Shown: positions 48,778 to 60,635, counted from the stretch's first letter. The stretch: DNA of 64,000 bases from a bacterium (GCA_965205865.1 CBDBHR010000030.1:1120001-1184000); one strand, 5' to 3'. The notes: a model not told the origin generated them from the letters alone. Numbers and translations: made by a program.

Positions 48778-50004
48778 TCATACGAAGGATGGTGAAGCCA
48801 TCGTTTCAGTTCGCCAAAGCGGCGTGTCCATAGAGGAGAAGTCGTAGATTTCGCATCCATTCACCGCAGCGGCTACCAAACCCCCGGCATCGTCAATATT
48901 GGCTTCGGCCTGAATCAACTGGGGAAGAAATGTCCTGGTTGCCGGATTACTTGGTTGAAAAACCGTACAGCAATCCGGAAAATCCTGGATGCTGATCGGA
49001 TATGTGCCGATCGAACGAGAGAGGTGGGTGATTTCGTTTTTGTCCATACCAATCAAAGGGCGCAATACCGGATATCCGGCATTTTCTGTCGTGCTGACCA
49101 AATTGCTCAAAGTCTGACTGGCAACCTGAGAAAGAGCATCTCCCGTTACAAGTGCCTGAGCATTCTCTTTTTTTGCAATTTCATTGGCAATCAAGTTCAT
49201 GAATCGGCGATAGAGGATCGTTCTGAATTTTTCCGGAGTTTGCTTCCTGATGTTTTTTTGAATTTCGGCAAAAGGCGCCACGTAAAGACGACTGGCAGGT
49301 TGGTATGCGCTGAGCCATTTGACCAAATCAATCACTTTTTCCTTCGTTAGATCCCCAATTAGGGGAAAGCTGTGAAAATAGAGAAAAATGACCCGGCATC
49401 CGCGTTTCATGATCATCCAGCAGGCCACCGGGCTATCGATGCCTCCACTGATCAAAGCAATGGCCCGTTCCTGGTCATTGACTGGTAAGCCACCCGTTCC
49501 TTTGATTTTTTCCGTAAAAACCACCCCTTTATTTTCCCAAATTTCTATACCCACGTCAAGCAGAGGATCTTTCAATTTCACTTTCAAGATGGAAAATGCT
49601 TTCAAGAGTGAGGCGCCCACTCGAGATTCCAATTCCATGGAGTCAATGGGAAACTCCTTATTGGCTCGTTTTGCCGACACTCTGAAGGTGACAGGCCTTT
49701 CGGTATATGCTTCTATTTTTTCAGAAACCATCTCCCGGCAGGCGGAAAGTAGCGCTTCCTGATTCAAAGGGACGAGGACCACCGGGCTGAAATTGGCAAT
49801 ACCGGGGATCTTCCGCAAGGTCTCAATCAGCTTCTCGAGGTCGCCATTGCTATGAATTTCGAGACGCCCCAATCTTTTGGTAACCGTGTTTTCCCCCAAG
49901 GATTTCAAGTGTATCCGTATGTTTTCAGCCAGCCGGTTCTCGAAGTGCCGGCGATTTTTACCCTTTATCCCGATTTCAGCATAACGCACGACAATCGAAT
50001 GCAT
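48778..50004 (-). CDS. thiI: tRNA 4-thiouridine synthase (no rhodanese domain)
   Basis: EIGIKGKNR, THUMP region, SGGIDSPVA, QVASQT, RPLIGMDK, DCC. Confidence 0.93.
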   Translation of the reverse strand: MHSIVVRYAEIGIKGKNRRHFENRLAENIRIHLKSLGENTVTKRLGRLEIHSNGDLEKLIETLRKIPGIANFSPVVLVPLNQEALLSACREMVSEKIEAYTERPVTFRVSAKRANKEFPIDSMELESRVGASLLKAFSILKVKLKDPLLDVGIEIWENKGVVFTEKIKGTGGLPVNDQERAIALISGGIDSPVACWMIMKRGCRVIFLYFHSFPLIGDLTKEKVIDLVKWLSAYQPASRLYVAPFAEIQKNIRKQTPEKFRTILYRRFMNLIANEIAKKENAQALVTGDALSQVASQTLSNLVSTTENAGYPVLRPLIGMDKNEITHLSRSIGTYPISIQDFPDCCTVFQPSNPATRTFLPQLIQAEANIDDAGGLVAAAVNGCEIYDFSSMDTPLWRTETMASPSFV

Positions 50005-50143
50005 AACAATCCGATATTGTTTAAAAATATGTGAACGCAATTATTGAGAACAGACCCGTCTCCGGTGGGGAAAAGCGAAATTGGACTGACGCACCGTCTT
50101 CAAGACAACGCAAGCTTCCTGATATTGGAGGGTTTGGCTGAAT

Positions 50144-50177
50144 CCCCCTCCCCTGGCCCCTCCCTCAAGGGGAGGGG
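50144..50177 (+). repeat. REP-like family B, copy 2
   Basis: ccccctcccctggcccctccctcaaggggagggg. Confidence 0.85.
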
Positions 50178-50211
50178 TAAAAAATGAGACGGCATGCGCA
50201 AGACACGCCTT

Positions 50212-50379
50212 TCACGATTCCTGCTCAATCGCTTTGATATGGTGGCCCTTTTCAGGAAGAAAATTCAGTAGTTGGGCTCCAAGCCCAATGAAGATATACG
50301 TCATCACTATTCCCGGAACAGTGGCGATCACAAAAATCCAGGGAAAAAGGAACAGGTAAAAAACAGCTTCCGGCATCAT
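50212..50379 (-). CDS. Possible 55-aa small membrane protein
   Basis: MMPEAVFYLFLFPWIFVIATVPGIVMTYIFIGLGAQLL...; below ORF-track cutoff; weak RBS. Confidence 0.35.
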   Translation of the reverse strand: MMPEAVFYLFLFPWIFVIATVPGIVMTYIFIGLGAQLLNFLPEKGHHIKAIEQES

Positions 50380-50466
50380 AATCGATTCTCAATAAATAAT
50401 TTCATTGACATGTTGGATTGTACTTGAATAACATATCCTTTCCCTAATCTCAACCCTGATTCAAGT

Positions 50467-50513
50467 TGAATTACCCCTCCCCTTGAGGGAGGGGCCAGGG
50501 GAGGGGTAATTCA
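50467..50513 (-). repeat. REP-like family B, copy 3, extended hairpin at the stop of the LON-domain gene (possible terminator)
   Basis: tgaattacccctcccct...aggggaggggtaattca. Confidence 0.8.
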
Positions 50514-51137
50514 GTTGATGGTTCCGACATCGCCTTCCATTCCAGGTGAATAAGCCATCTGCAAAAGGGCAATCAAATCCTGCCATCGGGTCGAGATATC
50601 ACGAGACTCCAGCAAGGTTTGCTTTTCCAAAAAATTGAATTCCAGGTTCATGGACAGGATGTTGACCAGGTGGTGAATGGGGATCATTTCGATCTTTTCC
50701 CAGTCAATGCGCATATTTCGTTGTTCCAAGTAATTTTGGAACGCTTCGTAAAGCGGTTTTTTGTCCAACACGGGGTCTCCTTCCTTGAAATCGTGGAGGA
50801 AACCGGAATAGACCACTTTTGCTTTGCGATAAAGGGCTTCTGTTTGAAGCTCTTCTTCGATTTGAAAACGCACTTCTCCCTGCAAACGGATCAAATAGTT
50901 GCCATTGGGGAGTTGACGGTGGTGTTCCATCTGACCCAGGCAGCCGATTTTGTAAAGTTTCTCCGTATTCATATTGACGGGTTGGATCATCCCGATATAA
51001 GGGTTTTCGTCAATACAATTTTCGACCATTTGACGGTACCTGGGCTCGAAAATGTGAAGCGGCAGGATATTACCAGGCAGTAAGATGGTGCCCATTAAGG
51101 GGAAAAGAGCAATGGTGTCAGGAAAGTCATCAGTCAT
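50511..51137 (-). CDS. LON peptidase substrate-binding domain protein
   Basis: LFPL..LLPG..LPLHIFEPRYRQMV, IGCLG, EKQTLLE. Confidence 0.9.
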   Translation of the reverse strand: MTDDFPDTIALFPLMGTILLPGNILPLHIFEPRYRQMVENCIDENPYIGMIQPVNMNTEKLYKIGCLGQMEHHRQLPNGNYLIRLQGEVRFQIEEELQTEALYRKAKVVYSGFLHDFKEGDPVLDKKPLYEAFQNYLEQRNMRIDWEKIEMIPIHHLVNILSMNLEFNFLEKQTLLESRDISTRWQDLIALLQMAYSPGMEGDVGTIN

Positions 51138-51165
51138 CAGTCACGCGTTATGGCAATAGGGTGCT

Positions 51166-52302
51166 TCAGGAAATCGTTGAACAACCGGAAGAGAATTGTC
51201 CTCGAAAACGTTGCGTCAAGAGGCGGTCCAATTCTCCGTCGGTTTGCGGATGGACCGGCATGGTTTGACGCCAGATCGGTTCTTTTTCCATGCATAAATA
51301 CGTGGTCACTTGCGGGGCCACTTGATGGATTTTTTTCCGTACGGTTTGAAACATCTGTTGGCGTATTTTTTTCAAATAACGCATTTTACCATCTTCTCCC
51401 TTGACGAATTCTCCGAGGAAAACATTACTCTTGGGAAAACGCTCTTCAACAACCATCTTCAATTTCGGGATATAGCGCAACGCCCCCATGCTGATCCAGG
51501 CGATGTTTTTTGGGGGAATGGTCGTCAGCAGTTGATCCACCAATTCCGGATAGTCTTTTTCCCATCCGGGATAATGGATCATCGGGTCAAGGTGAAAAGC
51601 GACTTTATAGCCTGCCTCTATTACTTGCGATGCCGCTTGCAAACGTTGATGGAGTTTTGCCGTCTTATGTTCTTCCCGCTCCACAATGGAAGCGGGATTG
51701 ACGGACCAGGAAATCACCGTATTTCCCTGGTGTGCCAAGTCCAGCAAATGGCTGACATGATGGGACTTTGTTTTCAATTCGAGAATCGCATTTTTCAACT
51801 GTCCGAAAAAAGGAATGACTTGTTGGTTGATTTCCAATAGGGGGTCCAGCGCCAGACTGTCCGAGTGCTCTCCCGTTCCAACGCGGAAGAGGCGCTGAGG
51901 TTGGCGAGCAATACGCAGCCCGACCTGCTCCAGAATCTCATCGATATTGGCATGAACCGTGATCACTGGTTTGTTCAAGAATGCTTGCAAGATGCAGTAG
52001 GTGCATTCAAGGGGGCAGTTTTCTATAAAATCGATCGTCAAATATTGGCAGCAAACCGCTTCAGCCGTGGTTCCCGGACAAGGTTTGATTGGCATCCCGG
52101 CAAAGTATTTCAGATGCAGTGTCTTTTTCCCTTGCGTGAGCGGATTTATTGCAGGATCCAATGGGACTTCATCTTTATGCCATGAATAGTTGTCTACGAT
52201 TGCATACGGCACCTGCGGAAATTTATTCAACGTCCTGCGGGTCAGGGATGTATTCAGAACTGCTTTGTCCACTATGATTCGTTCGGGCGCGTAGACTGTC
52301 AT
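51166..52302 (-). CDS. Spore photoproduct lyase-like radical SAM protein
   Basis: NCPLECTYCILQ, GTGEHSDSL, LELKTKS, SWSVNP, YLCME. Confidence 0.82.
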   Translation of the reverse strand: MTVYAPERIIVDKAVLNTSLTRRTLNKFPQVPYAIVDNYSWHKDEVPLDPAINPLTQGKKTLHLKYFAGMPIKPCPGTTAEAVCCQYLTIDFIENCPLECTYCILQAFLNKPVITVHANIDEILEQVGLRIARQPQRLFRVGTGEHSDSLALDPLLEINQQVIPFFGQLKNAILELKTKSHHVSHLLDLAHQGNTVISWSVNPASIVEREEHKTAKLHQRLQAASQVIEAGYKVAFHLDPMIHYPGWEKDYPELVDQLLTTIPPKNIAWISMGALRYIPKLKMVVEERFPKSNVFLGEFVKGEDGKMRYLKKIRQQMFQTVRKKIHQVAPQVTTYLCMEKEPIWRQTMPVHPQTDGELDRLLTQRFRGQFSSGCSTIS

Positions 52303-52307
52303 TTGGG

Positions 52308-53258
52308 TTATTGCGATTGAAAATAGGAATGAGCTTCTTTAATATCCATCTCGATTTGTTGTTTCAAGGCATCGACGCCGGGAAATTTTTTTTCTTTTCG
52401 TAATTGTTTCAGGGGCCAGATTTCCAGTTTTTCTCCGTAAATCTCCCCGGAGAAATCAAAGATAAATGTCTCCATCCTTTGTTCGTCGTGCCCAAAAGTA
52501 GGACGGAATCCGATATTGGTGATGCCATGATACATTTGCTCGCGCACTTGCGCGTGCGTGACATAGACTCCGCTCTCCAAGGGAATATAGATTTGCGGAG
52601 AGAAATTGGCGGTGGGAAATCCCAGCGTCCGCCCCCGTTGCTCTCCTTTTTCCACGGAGGCATAAATACTATAAGGCCTACCCAGGAATTGTGGGATTTC
52701 ATCAAAACGATTTTCCCGAATCAGTTGCCGGATCAGCGTGCTGCTGACGGTTTGCTTACCGATCCGAATAGGAGCGATTTCTTCCAACTCGAAGCAATGC
52801 TCTTTGCTGAATCTTTCCAATAGCGCCGCGTTGCCGGTTCGCTTCTTGCCAAAATGGAAATCATGCCCGATCAGTAGCTTGACCAGATTGAAGCGATTGA
52901 TCAGGAAGTCTCTGGCGAACTCCTCACCGGAAAGCCGTGAAAACCCGGGGGTGAAATGGATGATATACACCGCGTCCAATCCCATTTCTCGTAAGAGACG
53001 ATTCCGCAACTCGGGCGTACAGATTTTGGCAATCGCCTTTTGAGGATGGAGCACTTCCTGAGGATGAGGATCGAATGTGATCAAGATACCGGCGCATCGA
53101 CGCTGCCTGGCTTCGTCCACGACCTTGCGGATAATGAACTGGTGTCCCAAATGCATGCCATCGAAATTTCCAATGGTCACGATGACCGGGCATTGAGAAG
53201 AAAAGTCTTCTCGAAAACTAACAACTTCCATGAGTAAAATCGATTTTTCATTGGTCAT
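52308..53258 (-). CDS. ribF: Bifunctional riboflavin kinase / FAD synthetase
   Basis: GNFDGMHLGH, SSTLIR, GRTLGFPTAN, NIGFRPT. Confidence 0.96.
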   Translation of the reverse strand: MTNEKSILLMEVVSFREDFSSQCPVIVTIGNFDGMHLGHQFIIRKVVDEARQRRCAGILITFDPHPQEVLHPQKAIAKICTPELRNRLLREMGLDAVYIIHFTPGFSRLSGEEFARDFLINRFNLVKLLIGHDFHFGKKRTGNAALLERFSKEHCFELEEIAPIRIGKQTVSSTLIRQLIRENRFDEIPQFLGRPYSIYASVEKGEQRGRTLGFPTANFSPQIYIPLESGVYVTHAQVREQMYHGITNIGFRPTFGHDEQRMETFIFDFSGEIYGEKLEIWPLKQLRKEKKFPGVDALKQQIEMDIKEAHSYFQSQ

Positions 53259-53275
53259 CCGAGGATTGCAGGATC

Positions 53276-54585
<1,310 letters not shown>

Positions 54586-54586
<1 letters not shown>

Positions 54587-55575
54587 CACACTTTTTCCCC
54601 AAATTCACGTCGCAGCAAAATTGCGGCATCTTTCGCAAAATAGGAGAGGATCATGTCGGCTCCCGCTCGTTTGATAGCCACCAGGACTTCCATCATCGCC
54701 CGTTCTCGGTCGACCCAGCCTTTTTCCGCTGCGGCTTCGATCATGGAATACTCTCCGGAAACATTGTATGCGGCAATTGGCATGTCGAAAACTGCTCGTG
54801 CCTGGGCAATCACATCCAAATAGGAAAGCGCCGGTTTGATCATAATCACATCCGCCCCTTCCTCGATATCCAGTGCCAGTTCTCGCATCGCTTCCCGCAC
54901 ATTGGCGGGGTCCATCTGGTAGGTTTTCTTGTCACCTTTCTTGGGAGCGGAATCCAACGCGCCCCGAAAGGGGCCATAAAAACAGGAAGCATATTTGGCA
55001 GAATATGCCATAATTCCCACTCGATGAAATCCGGCTTCATCCAGGGCATAGCGGATTGCTCCTACGCGCCCGTCCATCATGTCCGAGGGCGCTACCCAGT
55101 CCACTCCGGCCTCTGCGTGAGAAATTGCCATACGGCAAAGCACTTCCACGGTTTCATCATTGACTATTTCATCTCCAACAACCAAACCGTCATGACCATG
55201 ATAAGTATAGGGATCCAGAGCGATATCGGTTTGCGCGCATAATTCGGGAAGACTCTCCTTGAGGGCCCGCACAGCCCGTTGAACCAAGCCATTGGAGTCA
55301 TATGCCCTGCTCGCATGATCGTCCTTTTCAGTTGAATACCCAAACAAATTTACGGCTCCCACTCCAAGGTCAAACACTTGCTGACATTCCCGTACCAATT
55401 CATCGACGGAAAACCGGTATTGTCCGGGCATAGTCGAGATGGGATCACGCAGGTTCGTTCCTTCGGCAACAAACATGGGATAGATCAAATCTGCCGGCTG
55501 TAACTGGGTTTCTCGGACTAAGCCTCGGATGGCTGGAGTTTGCCGCATTCGGCGGGGTCGATGTATCAACTGCAT
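54586..55575 (-). CDS. hemB: Porphobilinogen synthase
   Basis: HGHDG, APSDMMDGR, FYGPFR, YQMDP, IKPA, YNVSGEY. Confidence 0.97.
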
Positions 55576-55632
55576 ACTGGCCTCGTTGTAAAAAAATCAA
55601 AAATATTTATGAAGAAATCGCTGCTGTTCGGC

Positions 55633-55791
55633 GTTGGCAATCCTCATCGTTGAATCCCTCTCCAGTTGTTGGGTCGTCAAAGGCGCCTTCCGTCGGGTTG
55701 GCAATCCTCATCGTTGAATCCCCCTCCAGTTGTTGGGTCGTCAAAGGCGCCTTCCGTCGGGTTGGCAATCCTCATCGTTGAATCCCCCTCC
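55633..55791. repeat. 64-bp tandem repeat (~2.5 units) upstream of hemB
   Basis: Units start at 55633, 55697 and 55761 (gttggcaatcctcatcgttgaatccc...). Confidence 0.9.
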
Positions 55792-55817
55792 CCTTGAGGG
55801 AGGGGCCAGGGGAGGGG
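55784..55817 (-). repeat. REP-like family B, copy 4
   Basis: ccccctccccttgagggaggggccaggggagggg. Confidence 0.85.
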
Positions 55818-56077
55818 TGTGAATTTAAAATGTAACCAGTTGCACTGAAAGATACAAGAAAATCTCTCATTCCGAGGACGCGTCTTTCCATTCAATCTAC
55901 AGTATGTATGGCAAAGGCGCAACTTGTCAATTATCCATGAGAAGCCTTGCGGCTTTTGCGGATTTCTATAAGATCGATTGTCCGCCTGATTCCCAATGGG
56001 GACCGGTCAGATCGTAAAAAAAACACCACGCCACGGAATTTTCTGAAGGCTCGAGAAAAAGAGAAACAAGGAGGGAC

Positions 56078-56893
56078 ATGCCACCATTGATTCTTATCAG
56101 CAATGATGATGGGATCCATTCACCCGGACTGAAGGCTGCGGCAGAAGCGGTAGGCACGCTGGGAGAGGTCTTAATCGTCGCGCCCAGCAAGCAACAATCC
56201 GGTGCCGGTGGCAGCGTACGGGGAAACAGGGAGGAATTTCTAAGACCTTTCAATTTTACCGTCAATGGCAAATCCCTGCCAGCCTATCATTGTGACTGCT
56301 CTCCGGGTCTCACCTTGAAACACGGAATGACAGTATTATGCCAGCAGCGAGTACCGGATCTGGTCGTTTCAGGTTTGAATTACGGAGTCAATCTGAGCTC
56401 GAGCATCGCCGGTTCGGGTACCGTGGGCGTAGCCATTCATGCAGCTATCGGTGGCGTACCAGCCTTGGCCATTTCCCTTGAAGTAGAGCCTGAGTTACTC
56501 TTCAATTATGGAGACGTGGACTGGAGTGCGGCAATTCACTTCACCAATTATTTTGCCAAGGCTGTTCTTGCCAGGAAAATGCCTCCGGGCGTCGACATAT
56601 TAAAAATCGACGTTCCTAAAAATGCAACCGCCATGACGCCCTGGAAAGTGACGCGGCTTTCCAGAACACCCTATTTTCTCAATTCCATACCCTCGCCAAC
56701 ACCGCAAAGCCGAGTGGGAGACGCGCAGACGGCAACCATCGAAAAAGAGCAATTAGAAAAGAATTTGGATGTTTATAAGGATACGGATGTTTATGCCATT
56801 GCCGTGGAGCAAGTGGTTTCAGTGACACCACTCACCATCGATTGTACGGCAGGTACCGCCCGAGAAAGAGTCCGTGAATCGCTCGCAATATAG
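56078..56893 (+). CDS. surE: 5'/3'-nucleotidase SurE
   Basis: ILISNDDGI, APSKQQSG, SGLNYG, SGTVG, VSVTPL. Confidence 0.92.
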   Translation: MPPLILISNDDGIHSPGLKAAAEAVGTLGEVLIVAPSKQQSGAGGSVRGNREEFLRPFNFTVNGKSLPAYHCDCSPGLTLKHGMTVLCQQRVPDLVVSGLNYGVNLSSSIAGSGTVGVAIHAAIGGVPALAISLEVEPELLFNYGDVDWSAAIHFTNYFAKAVLARKMPPGVDILKIDVPKNATAMTPWKVTRLSRTPYFLNSIPSPTPQSRVGDAQTATIEKEQLEKNLDVYKDTDVYAIAVEQVVSVTPLTIDCTAGTARERVRESLAI

Positions 56894-56955
56894 CTTGAAT
56901 GGATCCTCTGCCGCTATTGGTTTCCGCTGAAAAAAGCCGGATGTCCGCAGACGCT

Positions 56956-58122
56956 TCATAAATTCAAGGTCAGCAAGAGCGCTACCAGAAAGGCGAGACC
57001 CGATAGTATGAGAAACCATTGAGCGTATCGACGAAATTTTTGACGAGGGGGCAACAAGAGGGCAGGATCGATGCCTTGGGCGCTCTGCTCCCAAAGCAGA
57101 GTTTGTTCACAGAAAAGCTGGATTAAACGAGGATGCGTCTCCAAGGCAGGAAGCCGATAAGGAGTGATCTCGATGGATCGCGCCAGATCAAAGTAAGTGT
57201 GGTCAATCTCAAACAGGGTTTCTAAATGGTCATTGACAAAACTCAAAGGAATAAAAAGAATCGTCCGAACTGTTCCTGCATCAAGCTGTTTGATCAATTC
57301 ATCGGTATAGGGCTCCAGCCATCTTGCAGGTCCGACCCGGCTTTGAAAACAGAGTTCAAATTGCCACTGGCCAAAATTTTTTCGTAATGCTTCCACGGTG
57401 GCAATCACTTCCATCAAATAAGGGTCACCGCGGTCCACATAGGATTGCGGAATCCCATGGGCAGTGCACAAAATCCGTGTACTAAACGGGTCCGGTTGGT
57501 ATTGGCTCAGCGCTTTCTTCAGAAGATCCGACAATCCCGCAATATAGTCGGCATGCTGCGCATATGATCGCAATGCGCGGATTTTTCCTGAAAAACCCAA
57601 TTTTTCCAGTTCATGGCAAAACTGTTCTATTGAAGAGCCGGTAGTGGTTCGGGAATAGTGAGGGTAGAGGGGGATGAGGAAAACGTCATTGATGCGGTCC
57701 CGCGTTATTTGCTCGGCAACACGCGCCGCATTTCCTGGTATATAACGATGGACGGCATATACCTTCACCCGGGAATCTCTTTGTTGCAATGCCGCTTGCA
57801 AATGCAGCCGTTGTTGCTCCGTTGCCGCAACAATAGGCGATTTGCCACCAATAGCCGCGTATTGTTGAATAACCGCGACTGAACGCTTGTTGGCAATTCG
57901 ACGAGCAAAGTGATTTTGAAGCCACAATGGAATTGGCAACTGAATCGTGTTGGGGTCCCTTAAGATCTCATACAAAAAATCAGGAACTTCCTGTAAATTT
58001 CCAGGACCTCCAAAATTCAGCAAAACCGCTGCTTTCCGGATTGAATCGGCAGCACCGTTTGTCATGATCAAGAGATTTCTCAATAATCGAGCAAGGGATG
58101 TTGAAAGGTGATCGGATTCCAT
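56956..58122 (-). CDS. hemH: Ferrochelatase with C-terminal hydrophobic tail
   Basis: LLNFGGP, GGKSP, PLYPHYS, AHGIP, GDPY, FQSRVGP..WLEP, DHLETL; start may be 58065. Confidence 0.92.
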   Translation of the reverse strand: MESDHLSTSLARLLRNLLIMTNGAADSIRKAAVLLNFGGPGNLQEVPDFLYEILRDPNTIQLPIPLWLQNHFARRIANKRSVAVIQQYAAIGGKSPIVAATEQQRLHLQAALQQRDSRVKVYAVHRYIPGNAARVAEQITRDRINDVFLIPLYPHYSRTTTGSSIEQFCHELEKLGFSGKIRALRSYAQHADYIAGLSDLLKKALSQYQPDPFSTRILCTAHGIPQSYVDRGDPYLMEVIATVEALRKNFGQWQFELCFQSRVGPARWLEPYTDELIKQLDAGTVRTILFIPLSFVNDHLETLFEIDHTYFDLARSIEITPYRLPALETHPRLIQLFCEQTLLWEQSAQGIDPALLLPPRQKFRRYAQWFLILSGLAFLVALLLTLNL

Positions 58123-58163
58123 TTATGAAAAATCCCCTTCACTCCTTTTCCCTTGCATCAGTT

Positions 58164-58324
58164 AACCCGAGTTCGACATAAATCTTCAATAATATGAGTA
58201 TCCTAGCGTATATGTCATCCTCGCGAAACTTGTCCCCGCGAAAGCAGGAACGACAAGGTTTCTCTAAGATATGAAGATTCCATAACATATTGAATTTATT
58301 AAATTCTTATCTCGAACTCAGGTT
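58164..58324 (-). mobile_element. MITE family A, copy 4 (inverted, internally shortened)
   Basis: Both TIRs present; flanks cagtt/cattt. Confidence 0.85.
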
Positions 58325-58508
58325 CATTTATGAACAAAAGGAGTTCCCGAAATTCAAATGATTGATGCAATAAAGCCATATATGAATAAAGTTTCCATAA
58401 AATCTTGTAAAGCAATTTATCGATGGCTAGTATGTTTACCCATTAAGACTCGATTTGGTGGAATTCTTTCCATCGGTCATTCTATCAAACCAATTCAGAA
58501 TAAAGAAG

Positions 58509-58640
58509 ATGCCCATTCAACGTTACTCGGTAAATCTATATTCCGTCGAATCCTTGTTGACTTGGATCAAGACTGGTGAAATTGCCGTTCCCGAACTCCA
58601 ACGCCCTTTCGTCTGGAACGCGGTGAAAGTGAGGGATTTC
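58509..58640 (+). pseudogene. DUF262 (GmrSD-like) N-terminal fragment
   Basis: MPIQRYSVN..LLTWIKTGEIAVPELQRPFVWNAVKVRD. Confidence 0.7.
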
Positions 58641-58696
58641 AACTTCCCGTCGCCCATTGTTCACAGGAAATATTGGACGTGAAACAAGCGCGTTAA

Positions 58697-60559
58697 CCAA
58701 ACGGCAAACGGACTCTTCGCTGCCCGCATCCGTGCTGGAAACGGGTTCAACCGGCGTACCGCTTTCGACAATATTCCACACGCCATCGGCGTCTTGCGTA
58801 CTCTGTTCCGCTTCGTTTCACTCGATGATTTGCCCGACCCCCTGGCTTGGTGCGTGGACGACATCGCTGAGGGGTTGGCCGTGGCCGATGTCCCCGGAAT
58901 TCTTGATCACTACTACCGTGAAGGCAAGGGTAATGACCCGATCGTGCATTTCTACGAGACCTTCCTGGCACAGTACGATCCCGGCGAACGCGAACGCAGA
59001 AGGGTTTATTACACGCCTGAACCGGTGGTGGGGTACATTGTTCGGTCCTTGCATGGTCTCCTCAAAACGGAATTCAAGCAGCGCGATGGTCTCGCTTCCG
59101 ACGGCGTGACCCTGCTTGATCCGGCGGCAGGAACCATGACCTTTGTCGCCCGCGCCGCCCAACAGGCCGTAGCCGAGTTCGAGGCCAAATATGGTAGCGG
59201 TGGGCGGGAAGACTTTATCCGCCGACACATTCTCAGGAATTTTTACGCCCTCGAGTTGATGATGGCGCCCTATGCAGTCGGTCATCTCAAAATGAGCTTC
59301 CTTCTGGAAGAACTCGGTCACCGTCTCGCCAACGACGAGCGCGTACCGTTCTATCTCTCCAATACCCTCGACGTGGAAGAGCTGGAACAGAGCCACTTGC
59401 CCGGCCTTTCCGCCTTGGCCGAGGAATCGCGCCTGGCTGGAACGGTCAAGAAGCAGACCCCGATCCTACTCATCCTCGGCAATCCTCCCTATTCGGGTCA
59501 TTCGAGTAACAGAGGCGACTGGATACGAGGGTTGATCGAAGATTACAAACAAGTGGATGGGAGTCCCCTGGGTGAGAAAAACCCGAAGTGGCTCCAGGAT
59601 GACTACGTCAAATTCCTCCGTTTCGCCCAGTGGAAAATCGAGCAAGCCGGACAAGGTATCGTCGGCATGATCACCAATCACAGCTACCTCGACAACCCCA
59701 CTTTTCGTGGCATGCGCCGCAGTCTGATGCGTACCTTCGACGACATCCATATCGTCGACCTGCACGGCAACTCCCTCAAGAAGGAGAGGTGCCCCGATGG
59801 CAGTCCAGACCAGAACGTCTTCGACTTGTCGGTGCTGGTGAATGGAATCTGATCTACTGCTCACAAAGAATAGAGGATTTCAACCTTTTCTACCGAGGCG
59901 GAAACGTAAATTTCCCGCTTTACCTCTATCCCTCCACCGTCCCCAAAGACCTCTTCACTCAACAACAGTCAGCCAAACGAAAACCGAACCTGAACCCCGA
60001 GTTGATGACGGCACTGGCGAAGGCGCATGGCAGAAAAACCTCTCCCGAGACGATCTTCCACTACGTCTACGCCGTTTTACATGCCCCGGCTTATCGCAAT
60101 AAATATGCCCAATTCCTGCATACCGATTTCCCGCGTATCCCGTTTACTACAGACAAGGATTTGTTTGACAAGCTCGCCGATCTGGGCTCACGACTGGTCG
60201 CCTTACATCTCCTCGAGTCACCAGAACTCGATCCGCCTGCCTGCCGTTTTGATGGGGAGGGCGACGCCATGGTTGCGCGGACAAAGGCGCAGGGCTTTCG
60301 CTACGACCCCGCTGAGCAACGCTTGCATATCAACAGAACGCAATACTTCGGTCCTCTCTCTGCAGAAGTATACCAATACCGGATCGGTGGCTATCAGGTC
60401 TGTGAAAAATGGTTGAAAGATCGCAAGGATCGTCGTCTCCAACTCTACGACGTTCGCGCCTATTGCCGGATGGCGACTACTATCGAGCTCACGATCACAG
60501 TCCAGCAACAGCTTGATGACCTCTATCCCAAAAAAGGGGTCAGGCCTTTGATTAAATGA
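58697..60559 (+). pseudogene. Fragmented Type ISP/IIG-like N6-adenine R-M gene
   Basis: GLFAAR, YYTPEPVV, LDPAAGTMTF, GNPPY, then deletion/frameshift near 59830 into a C-terminal specificity region (IFHYVYAVLH..FPRIP..IGGYQVCEKWLKDRK); N-terminus missing. Confidence 0.8.
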
Positions 60560-60613
60560 AAAGGGGGCAAAAAAACTGGACTCGCTCCTAATCAAATAAT
60601 CAAAGGCCTGACC
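60538..60613. repeat. Perfect 17-bp inverted repeat GGTCAGGCCTTTGATTA (REP-like)
   Basis: 60538-60554 is the reverse complement of 60597-60613. Confidence 0.8.
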
Positions 60614-60635
60614 ACCTTTCAATTTGTCAATGGGT

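Noticed and set aside
55633-55791. Possible CRISPR array
   Set aside because: The would-be spacers are identical, there are only ~2.5 units and no cas genes; it is a tandem repeat.
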